DNA of 64,000 nt, from positions 33,319 to 97,318 of the forward strand of contig JBFESP010000004.1 of NCBI GenBank assembly GCA_041548485.1, in the 5' to 3' direction. Position 1 is the stretch's first letter, and every line of letters starts with the position of its first letter. This document shows positions 62,567-64,000 of the stretch, one piece after another. The stretch comes from Thermoplasmata archaeon. GTDB taxonomy: Archaea > Thermoplasmatota > Thermoplasmata > UBA10834. The notes beneath the pieces are model-generated. The model was not told where the DNA came from, ran no database searches, and worked only from the letters and a program-made list of their open reading frames with translations. The translations under genes were made by a program, and so were the position numbers.

Positions 62567-64000
62567 TCATCCCATTCCAGCAGGAGCTTGCTCAGGTTTC
62601 ATCCGATCCATCTTGAGTCGGACGGCCTCGCACGCGATGGTGATCACGTCGATTGTGGGAGCTGCCGGTGGGCAGTAGGCCGTCTCGAGCTTGGCGAAGT
62701 CGTGCACGGTCATCCCGGCCTGAATCGCGACGACGAAGGCGTTTACGCGCATGTGCACTCGGGATTCGCCGACGATCTGAGCGGCCAGTATTCTCCCGTC
62801 GGCCGGATGGGCCAGCACCTTAACGTATATCTCCTTCCTGCCCGGGAAGTAGTCCGGCAACGTGAACCCTCTGACCTTTCCTATCACCGGCCTGATGCCT
62901 GCCATCTCCAGCTGGGCGTAGGTCGGACCGACCGCCGCCACCTGACAGCCGAACGGTTCGGTTGCGCGTGTCTGGAGGAAGCCTTTCGACAGCCTCTCAT
63001 CCCCTCCAGCGGCGTTCACACCGGCCACCATTGCCATCTTGACGGCGATGGTGCCGAGACCGCTGACGGCGGGCTTTCCAGTCACGAACTCCGGATACTC
63101 CGTACAGTCACCGACGGAGTACACCCCCTCGACGCATGTCTCGCAACGGTCGTCGACGATTATCTGCTTCGTCTCTCCCGTGCTACATCCGATCTGCTCG
63201 GCGAGCTCCGTCTCACCTCGCTGGCCTGTTGCGATGACCACGACATCCGCATAGAAGGTTCGTTCCTCGCCGGTTTTACGGTCGACAGCGACGACGCAGT
63301 TGGCTTTCTCCTCGCCGAGGATCTCGGTCACCTCGTACTCCGTGAACATCTTCACGCCGTTCCTCTCTATGGCCGATGCCATCATCTGAGCCATATCGTC
63401 GTCGACCATCGCCAGGATGCAACTCGAGAGGTACTCGATTATCGTAACCTTGCAGCCGCGTATCATAAGCGCCTCGGCCACCTCGAGCCCCACCAGACCA
63501 GCCCCAATCACCACCGCGCGTTTCCCCTTCGACGCGAGCGCCTGTATGCCCCGGGCATCCTCGATCGTCCGCAAGACGTAGACCCCGGCCTTGAGCTGGT
63601 TTGGCGAGGTTCCACCCGCGAGCGCTCCCTTGATAGGGGGTACGGAGGCGCTCGCACCTGTGGCCAGCACCATCGAGTCATACGGCAGCTCTAGCTTCTC
63701 GCCGTCGAGACGGTCGACATGGGCGACCTTCTCTGCCACGTTCACCCTGGAGACGCTCGAGCCGAGGTGCACGGCTATCCTGCTCTTCCTGAGCCGCTCC
63801 TCAGGCGCCTCAATCAGGTTCGTGAGCTCCGGGATCACGCCCGAGATGCCGTAGGGAAGACCGCACCGGGAGTACTGCGGATAGACCTCCCGTTCGACGA
63901 TGGTGACTTCGGCGTTCCTGTCGGTCTTCCTCGCGAACTGAGCAGCTGTCCCGCCCCCGCAGCCACCACCCACAATGATGATCTTCCTAACCAGTATTCC
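62567..64000 (-). CDS. FAD-dependent pyridine nucleotide-disulfide oxidoreductase (NADH oxidase/CoA-disulfide reductase family); 5' end at or near window edge
   Basis: IIIVGGG, YSRCGLPY redox Cys, ATG, IGAGLVGLE, YSVGD, AYCPP; frame open to 64000. Confidence 0.9.
   Translation of the reverse strand, partial: GILVRKIIIVGGGCGGGTAAQFARKTDRNAEVTIVEREVYPQYSRCGLPYGISGVIPELTNLIEAPEERLRKSRIAVHLGSSVSRVNVAEKVAHVDRLDGEKLELPYDSMVLATGASASVPPIKGALAGGTSPNQLKAGVYVLRTIEDARGIQALASKGKRAVVIGAGLVGLEVAEALMIRGCKVTIIEYLSSCILAMVDDDMAQMMASAIERNGVKMFTEYEVTEILGEEKANCVVAVDRKTGEERTFYADVVVIATGQRGETELAEQIGCSTGETKQIIVDDRCETCVEGVYSVGDCTEYPEFVTGKPAVSGLGTIAVKMAMVAGVNAAGGDERLSKGFLQTRATEPFGCQVAAVGPTYAQLEMAGIRPVIGKVRGFTLPDYFPGRKEIYVKVLAHPADGRILAAQIVGESRVHMRVNAFVVAIQAGMTVHDFAKLETAYCPPAAPTIDVITIACEAVRLKMDRMKPEQAPAGMG

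Overview
GC-rich archaeal chromosome segment, most likely Thermoplasmata. This is inferred from the unsplit rpoB, extended RpoA'', very large AglB and gatDE; the exact lineage cannot be fixed from sequence alone. Most of the window is housekeeping: the RNA polymerase operon (rpoH-B-A'-A''-rpl30e-nusA), tbp, priL, gatDE, purD, pyrF, thyX, aglB, ftsZ-ftsZ-secE-spt5-rpl11, cdrS-ftsZ2, two ABC exporters and two tRNAs. Four signals stand out. (1) A 2.8-kb transposase-less insertion cassette (49992-52799) has 23-bp GGC-starting inverted ends and an exact 9-bp flanking duplication. It carries an orphan gene and a clostripain-like protease and sits against the cdrS-ftsZ2 promoter. (2) A tRNA-Lys(UUU) is interrupted by two non-canonical introns (D-loop and T-loop) with BHB-type junctions. 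(3) An ArsR-like regulator with vicinal Cys pairs faces, across a palindromic operator, a coupled run of three tiny ORFs ending in a 40-aa Cys-rich peptide. (4) An intergenic stretch next to thyX is heavily structured and may be an ncRNA. All product calls come from motif recognition only; no database searches were run. Where the ORF track start looked too long, a more plausible start was used.
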